This document shows, piece by piece, positions 17,524 to 26,649 of a stretch of 64,000 bases of DNA. Each line of letters begins with the position of its first letter. Positions within the stretch are counted from its first letter, which is position 1. The notes under the pieces were generated by a model, which did no database searches, was not told the DNA's origin, and was given only the letters and a program-made list of their open reading frames with translations. The translations under genes and the position numbers were made by a program. Location of the stretch: positions 1 to 64,000 of the IMG/VR virus record IMGVR_UViG_3300045988_179945. One strand, written 5' to 3'. The stretch is from a virus.

Positions 17524-18294
17524 ATGAACGAAGGAACCTACGGGTTGGAAACCATAAAAGCCGACTATCATACGATACTCGGCTACGACATCGGATACGT
17601 CACGGCGGAATCATACCCACTGTTCGCCCCATACCGTGCGAAAGACAAGCAGACATTCTCGGGACGAGTACCACGTCTGTTAAGCATCATCATCACCACG
17701 CTCGTCAACACTCCCAGCCGCGAATGGAATGCGGAAACCAGAACCCTCACCATCGGAGAGGACTTCTTCTATCTGGCGAACAAATGCGGGTTGAACAGTG
17801 GCGGCGACGGACGAACCACGGTACATGACCGACTGCTCATGCTCACCGAAATACAGTTCACCGACATGGATGGGAACAAGGTAACTCCCGTGTCGCATAC
17901 GGACATCAGCCCGGATTTCCTGACAGTCGAGCATCGTAGAATCACATTCACGGAGCAGTTCGTCCGTATGATGACAAGAAACGTCCGCCAGCTTCCACTG
18001 AAGTGCCTGTATCCGAACGCGGGAAGCGCCATCGGCATCGACCTGCTCGTGTTGTCCGCATTGTATTGTCCGGAAAACCATCGTCTCATCATCGAGCGTG
18101 AAGACCTTTCGTCATTGCTTCCGGCGAGCAGTCAGAGCCTTTCCACGCAAAGCCTGTTGAAGAGGTTCAAGGAGTTGAACGACAGTCAGAACGAGTGGAC
18201 GTACCGGATGACGAAGCACAGTGTGACCATCAGTCCGTTCGGCGTGTACTCGTCCGAAGATGCGATACGTTTACGTCGTAAAAACCGGTCTTGA
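17524..18294 (+). CDS. hypothetical protein (256 aa), possible plasmid initiator-like protein
   Basis: TAAGGAG RBS; no firm motif, the Rep-like guess is weak. Confidence 0.5.
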   Translation: MNEGTYGLETIKADYHTILGYDIGYVTAESYPLFAPYRAKDKQTFSGRVPRLLSIIITTLVNTPSREWNAETRTLTIGEDFFYLANKCGLNSGGDGRTTVHDRLLMLTEIQFTDMDGNKVTPVSHTDISPDFLTVEHRRITFTEQFVRMMTRNVRQLPLKCLYPNAGSAIGIDLLVLSALYCPENHRLIIEREDLSSLLPASSQSLSTQSLLKRFKELNDSQNEWTYRMTKHSVTISPFGVYSSEDAIRLRRKNRS

Positions 18295-18356
18295 ATGCAA
18301 GAGAGGGGAGTCGGCCATCACGGTCGGCTCCCCTCAATGGTATTGGAGTTGGAAAC

Positions 18357-19076
18357 TTAGATTTTCAGCTCGTCAATGACGGAAAGGTCAACTCCGTCAC
18401 CCCAGTTATCGACAATCTTGCTCAGGTTCTTGCGCATTCCGATGGGGGACTGGTCGTCAACCGGACGTCCGAAATTCTTCTCCGGAGCGACCGCGTTCAA
18501 CACTGCGAACAGCAGGTTCGTCATATCCTTGCCCTGTGCGAACACAAGCGTCACCTCCGCTGCAATCATGCCCGGCTCGGCGGTGGTCAATCCCTCCAAG
18601 GCGGACGTGAAATCGGAGATTCGGCGTTGGTTCTTCGGTTCGGTCAACGCGTCCAGCACGGCTTCCGGAGTGCTCTTCTTCGTGTCGGTCAACGCTTTGG
18701 CGAGGGCAATCACACGCTCATCGTCCAACGATTTGATGAGGGGAATGAGCTTCTTTCCGAACTGTTCCTCGATATGCGGCATGGTTTTTTCACGAGGTTT
18801 ACGGTTTGCACGAACCTTGGATTTGCCTTTCGGCTTGTCTTCCGTTTCGGTCGGCTCGTCAGTCGCGCCAACAGACTCATCGTCGGCTGGCGTCGGAGTC
18901 TCGGCTGCGGAATCCACGCCGTCCTGAACAAGCCCGGACACAGGCTGTTCCTCTTCGGCGGGAGACTGCTCCGGTTCGAAATAATTGCCGGAACCATAAC
19001 CGTTGTTCTGCTCCGACTGTTGGTTGTTGTTGAAACCCCAATTGGTGAAGTCTGGCATCATACCTTCTTTCGTCAT
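18357..19076 (-). CDS. hypothetical protein with Q/N/G-rich acidic N-terminus (239 aa)
   Basis: convergent with 17524-18294 and sharing an imperfect hairpin between them. Confidence 0.5.
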   Translation of the reverse strand: MTKEGMMPDFTNWGFNNNQQSEQNNGYGSGNYFEPEQSPAEEEQPVSGLVQDGVDSAAETPTPADDESVGATDEPTETEDKPKGKSKVRANRKPREKTMPHIEEQFGKKLIPLIKSLDDERVIALAKALTDTKKSTPEAVLDALTEPKNQRRISDFTSALEGLTTAEPGMIAAEVTLVFAQGKDMTNLLFAVLNAVAPEKNFGRPVDDQSPIGMRKNLSKIVDNWGDGVDLSVIDELKI

Positions 19077-19139
19077 CCAGCGAACACTCCGGTCAGACAG
19101 GTTGTTAGTAGTCGGAACGAGGTGTTCTGTATTTTCAAT

Positions 19140-20060
19140 TTACGAGTGTAACGGCTTTCGCCATTCCAAAACAGAGAAAACGGGAAACAACCCTCCCTTC
19201 CAAGCCGGTAGGTTCCACCCGAAAAACGGAACCAAGAGAAAGAGTCCGATGGCGGGAACGAAAAAAACAGGAACGACGATTAGGGCATCGCCTGAAGAAG
19301 AACAGGGCAAGCCGTCCGCCGCGCCGGTAGGTCAGCATGAACAGCGGACTTCAAAAAAAGAGAGAAGAAACCACACTGAAAACAAAAATCCAAGAACACC
19401 ATGCCATCAAAAAGAAGAACCAAGAAAAACAGAAAAGAAGAACCAAAAGAATAAAACCCGATAGGAAAAAGAGACCACATCAGAAGAAAAGAAGACAGCA
19501 ACGACACAATCAAGAAAGAACACCGGTACAAGAGAAAAAAGAACAGAGGACAACGGCAGAACAAGAAGAACAATCCATACCGTAAATCAGGACACGACGT
19601 AACTAAAGAACCAAACGCAGAGCAACCAGCCACCACAAGACAACAGGACAAGCGCATACGACCCAGCAGAGAAGAAAAAGCACAGCACCAAACACTCGAA
19701 GAGCATAAGGCGACAAACAAAAGAACCACAAGGCAACAGGACGCAACAGACAAAAGCCCACACAGAAGAACAGACTGCAAAAACACTCGACAGCAAAAAC
19801 GCAAACAGCAGAAAGCCACGCCACATAAGACGGCAACAAACCCAGAGAAGAAAGAACCGGCACGCCAGCAACCACATCACAATCGCAACAACGCCCCACA
19901 CAGCCAACCAGACAACAAAAAGGTCAATAGTCACACCAACAAGGTCAACAACAAACAAAACAAGGTAACATCAATACAGGAACAGCCAATGCAATGAAAA
20001 AGCAACAGCAGAACCAACCAAAAAACCAAATATCAAAAACTATAAATGCCAGAACTTGGA
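19140..20060 (+). other. about 900-bp T-depleted (A+C-rich) tract on + strand
   Basis: + strand almost devoid of T by eye over 19340-20060; non-coding; only a lysine/arginine-rich low-complexity ORF (19337-19585) and Cys/Leu/Phe-rich antisense ORFs. Confidence 0.7.
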
Positions 20061-20095
20061 CAAAACCGTGAACGTTCCGATGAAAACAACGGAAC

Positions 20096-21310
20096 ATGAC
20101 CCATCAGGAGGCGGTCTTATTGGAAAAACGGACGATTTCCCTGATAATCGGCTCCGGAGGGCTACTTACGACCATTAAAAAAGCCCTCACAAGAGTCGGA
20201 AACATGCGCTGGCAGGTACCCGCCGCAGACAACATCCAAGCTCAGGCCGACTATCTGGTCAGACACCCGGTACCATCCGGGTTCAAAGGAATCATCTTCA
20301 CCGACAGGGCAGGAAACTGGCTTCCGATAGCGAACGCCGGTTACATCGTCTACTGGTGCGACACGGGACAGATACCTGTGGGAACCATGGGCATGAGCGA
20401 GCAGATGCTACGGATGAGCGTGGCTGATTTCGCCCACGCATATTGGGGAATCCAACTTGCCGACAAGCGTCTTGTGGTAGATATTCTCCAAAACAAGGTG
20501 AAGGAGACTGCGGTTCTCCTACCCATCACATCCAACACTGGAGGCGTCGGGAAAACCACTTCCAGCAGACAGCTGGCAGACCGTGCGTCACAGGCCGGAC
20601 TGCGTGTCCTACTCATCGACGGCAACATTCGCCAGTCCAGCCAACGTAGCTTCTTCGACCCGAAACAGGACAAGCCGTTGCATACGATAGCCGACTGGCG
20701 ACCGGGCATGCAAGCGCAGGTCGGAGCCAATCGCGGACGCAATCTCGGAGTTCCCTACGATATTTGTTTCGCACCTCCGGCAGGTGTCGGAGTGGACTGG
20801 CAGATATACCGTCAGTACATTCAGGCGGCTAGGCGGTTATGGGATTTCGTGGTGCTCGACCTCGACCGAATCAGCGCGGACGACTTGGACGACAGGGAGA
20901 ACATAGCCAACGGTCTGCTTCTCCCGTACATTCAGGCTGGCGACCCTTGTCTGGTCATCGTCAAGGCCGGAAGACAGACGCAGATTGACGCGTTGAATCT
21001 GCTGACCGCGATGGCGGAGCATCATCTTCCGAAGGAACTCATCGGAATCAAAGACACGGTTCCGGTCGGACTGCAAGACTATCGGCGACTCGACTACACG
21101 CGGTACGGAACGTTCCTCGGAACCGAATACCAGACGGTGGAGGCGAGCAACCATATCGCCAACGGTGATATCCGATGGGATGACCCCGGGCTTGCCTTCG
21201 CACGGGAAAACATTCTCAACTGGGCGTTGCCCGACCGTGGCTTCAATCCTGACAGGTTCAATCCGAACGCGAACGACGATGACAGAAGGAAAGGTCGTGG
21301 ACGCAGATGA
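20096..21310 (+). CDS. ParA/MinD-family ATPase (CpaE/VirC1-like)
   Basis: deviant Walker A TSNTGGVGKTTSS; first gene of a transfer-type operon with overlapping start/stop codons. Confidence 0.6.
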   Translation: MTHQEAVLLEKRTISLIIGSGGLLTTIKKALTRVGNMRWQVPAADNIQAQADYLVRHPVPSGFKGIIFTDRAGNWLPIANAGYIVYWCDTGQIPVGTMGMSEQMLRMSVADFAHAYWGIQLADKRLVVDILQNKVKETAVLLPITSNTGGVGKTTSSRQLADRASQAGLRVLLIDGNIRQSSQRSFFDPKQDKPLHTIADWRPGMQAQVGANRGRNLGVPYDICFAPPAGVGVDWQIYRQYIQAARRLWDFVVLDLDRISADDLDDRENIANGLLLPYIQAGDPCLVIVKAGRQTQIDALNLLTAMAEHHLPKELIGIKDTVPVGLQDYRRLDYTRYGTFLGTEYQTVEASNHIANGDIRWDDPGLAFARENILNWALPDRGFNPDRFNPNANDDDRRKGRGRR

Positions 21311-22503
21311 CTTTCGATGACCGGTACCTGTTTGACCCGAACGACGAGAATCTTTGGAAGACCGGAAGCATTGCCGACTGGTATAAAGGCAACGACATGT
21401 ACGAGATGGAGCATCCCGGACTGTTCGCGCAAACGCACCCGTGGTTCGTAGCCAACAAACTGTTCGCGGAGACGATGGTCAAAGCGAACAGCGAACTCGT
21501 GTCAAGCATCCTTGGCGCTTTGTTCACATGGAAGACCTGCACGGTTGACCAGTTGCGTGCAGGACTTTCCATCAAAGGTGCTCCCGCTTTCGAACGTGAA
21601 GAGCCGAACCTGTATGGGGCGATGAACCGTTTGGGAATCATCAACGTCGGCTTCAGTCAAGCGGAACGCCTTTACGGCAAAACCGTGAACCATGTTTGGC
21701 TGTCCCCATCGAACAGTCCACGACTCATCAACCGTGCGATGAAAACGTACGGCATGGAGAAGTGGATGCGTGAGACAATGGCAGCTTCCTATTATGCGGG
21801 AAACCGTTTCCATGTACGCCATAACACCTATGCGGCGCACGCGGGATTGATGCTGGCCCGCGACTCCCGCGTCAGGTTTTCCTCCGGCGACGGTTGGGGA
21901 AAATTCCGTAGCGTTGACCCACAGGCGGTTGCCGAGTCGAAAGTCGGCAAGGCGTGCGCGACCGACGTGGTCACACTGTGCCGCAACAACGTGCTTGCCG
22001 GTATCGAAATCCAAACGTCGAACAGCGAATTGGACAGGAAGATGCAGAACTGGGCGAAGATGCTCGCCTACTCTCCAATGAAACGTCGCGGTCTCATCTG
22101 CGTATGGTTGCAGATACCCAAAGCGAACGAAGGGTATGAATCGTTCAACGCGGTGGTGCAGCGTACGCAGGGTATGACGGAAATGGTCGTAGGCAATCCG
22201 ACCGTTTCGCAAAGAATGGGAGTCGCGGTCTGGGATGAATGGTTCGAGCATAGTGTCCCGACCGGCAGGTTCGGCGACTACACGGACATGAGCGGAATTC
22301 GCCGCAACATTTTCTCCGACGAGTGGACGCAATACACTCCGCAGGTTCGCGACGTTCGCAAAGTCAGCGAATGGGGTTGGGATGTGACTCGCGACATCAT
22401 AAAAAAGGATTGGGGCTGGGATGTTTCCGGCTGGACAATGCCGGAAGCATACCGTGGCGGCTTCTACGGTTTCATCGGAAAGGATTGTGATGGCCTCCAC
22501 TGA
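21307..22503 (+). CDS. hypothetical protein (398 aa), possible DNA-processing component
   Basis: ATGA overlap with the upstream gene; no confident relaxase motifs. Confidence 0.5.
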   Translation: MTFDDRYLFDPNDENLWKTGSIADWYKGNDMYEMEHPGLFAQTHPWFVANKLFAETMVKANSELVSSILGALFTWKTCTVDQLRAGLSIKGAPAFEREEPNLYGAMNRLGIINVGFSQAERLYGKTVNHVWLSPSNSPRLINRAMKTYGMEKWMRETMAASYYAGNRFHVRHNTYAAHAGLMLARDSRVRFSSGDGWGKFRSVDPQAVAESKVGKACATDVVTLCRNNVLAGIEIQTSNSELDRKMQNWAKMLAYSPMKRRGLICVWLQIPKANEGYESFNAVVQRTQGMTEMVVGNPTVSQRMGVAVWDEWFEHSVPTGRFGDYTDMSGIRRNIFSDEWTQYTPQVRDVRKVSEWGWDVTRDIIKKDWGWDVSGWTMPEAYRGGFYGFIGKDCDGLH

Positions 22504-22951
22504 AGAATCATTTCAACAGACACAAGAAGCGTTGGATACGGCGAGACTGGAACGGGCGCGAGCATTGCAACAGGTTCAGACATTATGCGAGACGGGACGC
22601 AGACATTTGGTCATTCCGTTTCTGATGGCTAACATGCAGCGCGTTCCCTCGTTACGGAAAATACGACTCTGGCAATTGGATTCGATAATGTTCAACACTT
22701 CCAGACGGGTTGCGAACAAGACCATCCGTATCATGCGTGAGACCATCAACGATGATTCGAGCGTGAACGACGGGTACGTGACTTTGGGCTGGGCGTTGGA
22801 GTCGAAGGAGAAAACCGTCCGTATGACGACGTGGCTTCTTCAATTGTCATTGCGCGAGAAGCTTTCCACTTTCCAAAAGCCGGAAGGCTTCCCATATGCG
22901 CCGTTATATCAGCAAAGCACAGACGACCAACAGAAAGAAGGTAGCGCATGA
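22490..22951 (+). CDS. hypothetical protein (about 153 aa)
   Basis: AAGGA RBS; overlaps neighbours. Confidence 0.4.
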   Translation: MASTEESFQQTQEALDTARLERARALQQVQTLCETGRRHLVIPFLMANMQRVPSLRKIRLWQLDSIMFNTSRRVANKTIRIMRETINDDSSVNDGYVTLGWALESKEKTVRMTTWLLQLSLREKLSTFQKPEGFPYAPLYQQSTDDQQKEGSA

Positions 22952-25608
22952 GCGGCCAGAACTGGTATCAGATAACCAGAACATTGCAACAGCTTGACGC
23001 GGACGAGCAACGTTCGAAAGTGGAGAGCATTCCCGCCGAACTGGACGGTTGCACATTGCTCCTCATCAAGAAAGGCGAGGAGCCGGTCAAGGAATACATT
23101 TACGGCGACGGCGAGGGAATCATCAACGCCGGACAGTTGGCTGGATTCGACGCGAAACTGGTCGAAGACGATGATGGGCCGGTGTTGCCGGACGGTGTGG
23201 ACAGTGCGGCGCATCCTCTCGTCCCGTTCCGTGCCCGGTTGAATTCGAAAAGCAACATGGAAAAAATGCGGACGAACTATTCCGGCATTCGCACAAGCAT
23301 CGAGAAGGTCATGCCGCCGGACAGTTACGTGAGCGTCACCCTCCGCAATCAGGGATACTTCGAACAGATACGCGTCCGCAATTGGATTAGCGACGAATAC
23401 AATACCGTCGAGGATTCAAGCGAACTCGCTTCAACCAACACGATGTGCGCCCGAGTGAGTTTCGGCTGTAGACAGGCTTCCCGCAACCGGCAGCTTGCGC
23501 AGAAGATTGGCCAAATCATCTGTCCGCTCATATCCAACATGTCAAGTCATACGAGCCGTCCGAAGTTCGGGCTGCTGTTCGTCGGCATGTTGCTGGAAGC
23601 GTTGTCTTTGATTTGGAGCGTGTGCGGTCTTGCAAGAGGATACGTGATGGATGGCGTGTTCCCGCTGTTTCATTCCGCTTGGGGTTTCGGCGTGGCTCTT
23701 CCACTGCTTGCTGTGACATTGGTAGCGTTCCTGCTCCTAATGCTGCTGTCATGCATTCCGTTCGTCTATCTTCCGCGACCTCAGATTGCGGGAGTGTCCG
23801 TTGCCTTCGCCTTTTACCTGCTGTTGGGGCTGCTTCCTCTCCCCACGTTCGTTCCGGTTCTTCTCATCCCTCTTCTCGTATTCGCGTTCATCCGTTGGAG
23901 GAACTGGACGCTGTGGGATGATATTTTCCAGACTCCGCGCAGATATTATGCGATTGCGAACGACCGTGGCGCGAACGATTCCGACAACCATACGCGTCTT
24001 GGCGTCAGAACGAAGGAGTCGCGCGTATCCGCTTACGGTGCGCAGAGAACCACGTTGATTCTTCCTCCGATTATCGTAAGCTCCGTGTTCACCCCGGTCA
24101 CTCAGGGAGTGGCGATGAAACAGGAATTGCATCCCGTTCCGGAAGTGTTGGCGCATGACGGTATCTTCCTTGGAAAGGACGATACCGGACGTGACTGCTA
24201 TCTCGATCCGTCGCAACTGTTCGGCGGTATCGCAATCAACGGCGAGGCCGGTTCCGGCAAGACGGTGCTCACTCATGGCATCAGCCAGTGGGCCATCAGC
24301 GCACGCGAGACCACCAGTCCGAAAATCTGGGGACGCGACTCGCGTATCATCCACTTCTGGATGAAGGATGATACGGGAGTGAACGTGTTGGAACGTTACC
24401 GTAAACACCACGGTTTCACCAGTCCGCAACGCGTCGTCTATTTGGCCGACCCGAACAGTGTGTGCTTGGACATGCTCGGCATGAAGGATGGAAACAATGC
24501 CATGGAGACTGCGGCGAGCGTTGCCAAGACCATGCGCTACTCGTTCGACGACGGCGACATTCTCAATGATTCGCAGAACATCATCACCCAAGCGTTGACC
24601 ATCGGCGTGGCGGTTGACCGTTACGTGCAGGAGGAACGCAAACGCAATCCCGACTCCAACGACGCGGGTTGGGAGAGTGAGATTGTGAAACGCTGCCATC
24701 AGCTCGAACAATCTTATCCGGGTGCGGAACAGTTACGGATGCAGTTGAGTCCAATCGGATGGGCAGTCGTCGCATTGTGTGGCTCCGACGGTCAGGCGGG
24801 TTCCGCCAAAGCGTTGGGGCATGTGTGCCGCGCGTTGACCATGGAGTTGAAAAGCGGCTACATGTTCGATGAGATGACGCATGCCGCCCGTGCCGCCGAA
24901 CAATTGTATGGCCGTCCTGATGCTGCCGGACATACGGTTCGTTCCGACCGTGACATTCTCGCCAAGACTAACGCCTCGTTGAACAAGGTGAACCAGTTCC
25001 TTCCCATCGAACACATGTTCACGGCACGTCGCGGCAGAGTGACTTGGACGAACATTCTCGACCATGCCGGAGACTACCACATCGTTCTCGCGCCGCATGA
25101 GGGTTATTCGCTGCCGGAACGTATGGATAAGATTCTCGGCGGATGGCTCATGTACCGTTTCTGGAACACGGTGTTCTCGCATTGCAAGGATTGGGACAAG
25201 GCTGGAAAGTGGACGATGCTTGTATGTGACGAGCTAAGTCTGCTGGCGAACGGCAATGATGGCATCATGCCCGCCTTGCGTGAGCAGGGTCGTTCGTTCG
25301 GATTGCTTCTCGTGTTCGCCACTCAGTATCCGACGCAGTTGTCATATGCGATGTTGGATTCGTTCATCGGCTATTCGACGTTCATCACATACAATACGAC
25401 GATTCCCCGTATAGCCGACATGACGGCGAAACGTCTGACGAACAATGATGGCGAGGATGGCTGGCGTTCCGGCGCGGTCATGAACCTTCCGCGTTATGCG
25501 GCGGCTGTGCGAACGCGCACTCAGGAGCAGTTGCAGCCGACGTTCCTTGTCCATGTGCACGATTTCGATGACGGCTATCGTGATGGCGACGTGGAGGAGG
25601 ATGACTAG
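22948..25608 (+). CDS. FtsK/VirD4/TraG-like T4SS coupling ATPase (DNA translocase)
   Basis: about 4 TM helices (residues about 210-330) then P-loop INGEAGSGKTVLTHG, Walker B MLVCDE, LLVFATQYP motif. Confidence 0.7.
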   Translation: MSGQNWYQITRTLQQLDADEQRSKVESIPAELDGCTLLLIKKGEEPVKEYIYGDGEGIINAGQLAGFDAKLVEDDDGPVLPDGVDSAAHPLVPFRARLNSKSNMEKMRTNYSGIRTSIEKVMPPDSYVSVTLRNQGYFEQIRVRNWISDEYNTVEDSSELASTNTMCARVSFGCRQASRNRQLAQKIGQIICPLISNMSSHTSRPKFGLLFVGMLLEALSLIWSVCGLARGYVMDGVFPLFHSAWGFGVALPLLAVTLVAFLLLMLLSCIPFVYLPRPQIAGVSVAFAFYLLLGLLPLPTFVPVLLIPLLVFAFIRWRNWTLWDDIFQTPRRYYAIANDRGANDSDNHTRLGVRTKESRVSAYGAQRTTLILPPIIVSSVFTPVTQGVAMKQELHPVPEVLAHDGIFLGKDDTGRDCYLDPSQLFGGIAINGEAGSGKTVLTHGISQWAISARETTSPKIWGRDSRIIHFWMKDDTGVNVLERYRKHHGFTSPQRVVYLADPNSVCLDMLGMKDGNNAMETAASVAKTMRYSFDDGDILNDSQNIITQALTIGVAVDRYVQEERKRNPDSNDAGWESEIVKRCHQLEQSYPGAEQLRMQLSPIGWAVVALCGSDGQAGSAKALGHVCRALTMELKSGYMFDEMTHAARAAEQLYGRPDAAGHTVRSDRDILAKTNASLNKVNQFLPIEHMFTARRGRVTWTNILDHAGDYHIVLAPHEGYSLPERMDKILGGWLMYRFWNTVFSHCKDWDKAGKWTMLVCDELSLLANGNDGIMPALREQGRSFGLLLVFATQYPTQLSYAMLDSFIGYSTFITYNTTIPRIADMTAKRLTNNDGEDGWRSGAVMNLPRYAAAVRTRTQEQLQPTFLVHVHDFDDGYRDGDVEEDD

Positions 25609-25639
25609 CTGTCAGATTCCGGCTTGACAAGTTGAAGTG

Positions 25640-25679
25640 AATCCGTTCGGAACATCCAGTTTCCGGACGGATTTTTTTA
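25640..25679 (+). terminator. intrinsic terminator (AATCCGTTCGGA...TCCGGACGGATT plus T7)
   Basis: near-perfect 12-bp stem plus U-tract after the coupling-protein gene. Confidence 0.65.
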
Positions 25680-25694
25680 GCTTAAAAACCCCGT

Positions 25695-25716
25695 TATAAC
25701 TGGAAACAGCCGTGTA
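25695..25716 (+). promoter_or_regulatory. degenerate promoter motif copy
   Basis: TATAACTGGAAACAGCCGTGTA, about 60 nt upstream of 25777. Confidence 0.4.
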
Positions 25717-25776
25717 GGTTGATAGGATGAAGAACGCAGGAGAGTTCCGTTTGGAAAAACGAAAGGGAACTCAAAA

Positions 25777-26121
25777 ATGGGTGGAACCGTCACCTTGGCT
25801 GGAAGCAGTATGGAGAACACCTATCATAGGATGTTCGACACTATTTTGAGCAGTAGCGCGGGAACCGTGCTGACCAATATTGGTCTTGCTGCGGCAGTGA
25901 TTCTCGCCCTCGGTCTTATCGGCGGTGGTATCTGCAAGGCGTTGGGACGTCAGAACAAACTCGTGCAGATGTTCTGCCCGACCATCGGTCGTGTTCTCGT
26001 CATTCTCGCAGTCGGCTTCATTCTTGCAGGCCCGACCGTCACCATTCCGGCAATCCTGAAATTGCTCGACTGGTTCGTTGACGCGCTCGGCGGCAGTGGA
26101 AAGTCTTATCTGGGAATCTGA
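25777..26121 (+). CDS. small membrane protein, pilin/VirB2-like (114 aa)
   Basis: two long hydrophobic helices; GAAAGGGAA RBS. Confidence 0.45.
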   Translation: MGGTVTLAGSSMENTYHRMFDTILSSSAGTVLTNIGLAAAVILALGLIGGGICKALGRQNKLVQMFCPTIGRVLVILAVGFILAGPTVTIPAILKLLDWFVDALGGSGKSYLGI

Positions 26122-26226
26122 CGTCCGCAGAAGTAATGCCGGAGTGGATACATGAAAAGAACCTTTCCTATTCTGTCCCCACTCCGGTTTTCTTTTACAA
26201 GCTTTGCATACGAAAAGGGTTGAATC

Positions 26227-26649
26227 ATGAGCGACGAGGAAGACGAAGGATATAAAGGCCCATTGCATCCAAGATTGACGATGGACGACATCACCGAAGT
26301 GTCCGGCCCGGAGGAAATCGAACGGAAGAACACGTTCCAGATAACCAAGAACACCGAAGCGCGTTCCAAAACCGTGTTCTCCGTCATCGTCGGAGCATTG
26401 GTGGGCTTGGCGCTCTGCCTCATGTTCGCTCCGCTGCTTGGATACATGTTCAGCTCGTTCTTCGTACTGTTGGGCGGCGCGTTGGCCCCGTTCTTCGCAG
26501 TTGGAACCATTCGAGACCGCACCCAGCAGACACGGTGGAAAAGGGCCTTGCAGGACATGAAGAGCCGCAAGATTGAAGGACAGGTCTTCTATCCGAATTC
26601 CACCCAGCCGGAAAACATCATCGACCTTCAGGAAATGGAAATCCGTTGA
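26227..26649 (+). CDS. membrane protein (140 aa, 2 TM)
   Basis: TM hairpin; translationally coupled to the next gene (TTGA overlap). Confidence 0.45.
   Translation: MSDEEDEGYKGPLHPRLTMDDITEVSGPEEIERKNTFQITKNTEARSKTVFSVIVGALVGLALCLMFAPLLGYMFSSFFVLLGGALAPFFAVGTIRDRTQQTRWKRALQDMKSRKIEGQVFYPNSTQPENIIDLQEMEIR

Noticed and set aside
19337-19585. Lys/Arg/Gln/Glu-rich 82-aa ORF and Cys/Leu/Phe-rich antisense ORFs in the T-depleted tract
   Set aside because: Both compositions follow directly from the extreme base skew, with low-complexity A-rich codons in a high-GC replicon. Treated as non-coding, though a histone-like basic protein cannot be fully excluded.
20040-20095. Possible additional motif copy (TATAAATGCCAGAACTTGGACAAAACC) before gene 20096
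   Set aside because: Similarity to the consensus is too weak to call, and the copy lacks the GGAATTGTTCAC core.
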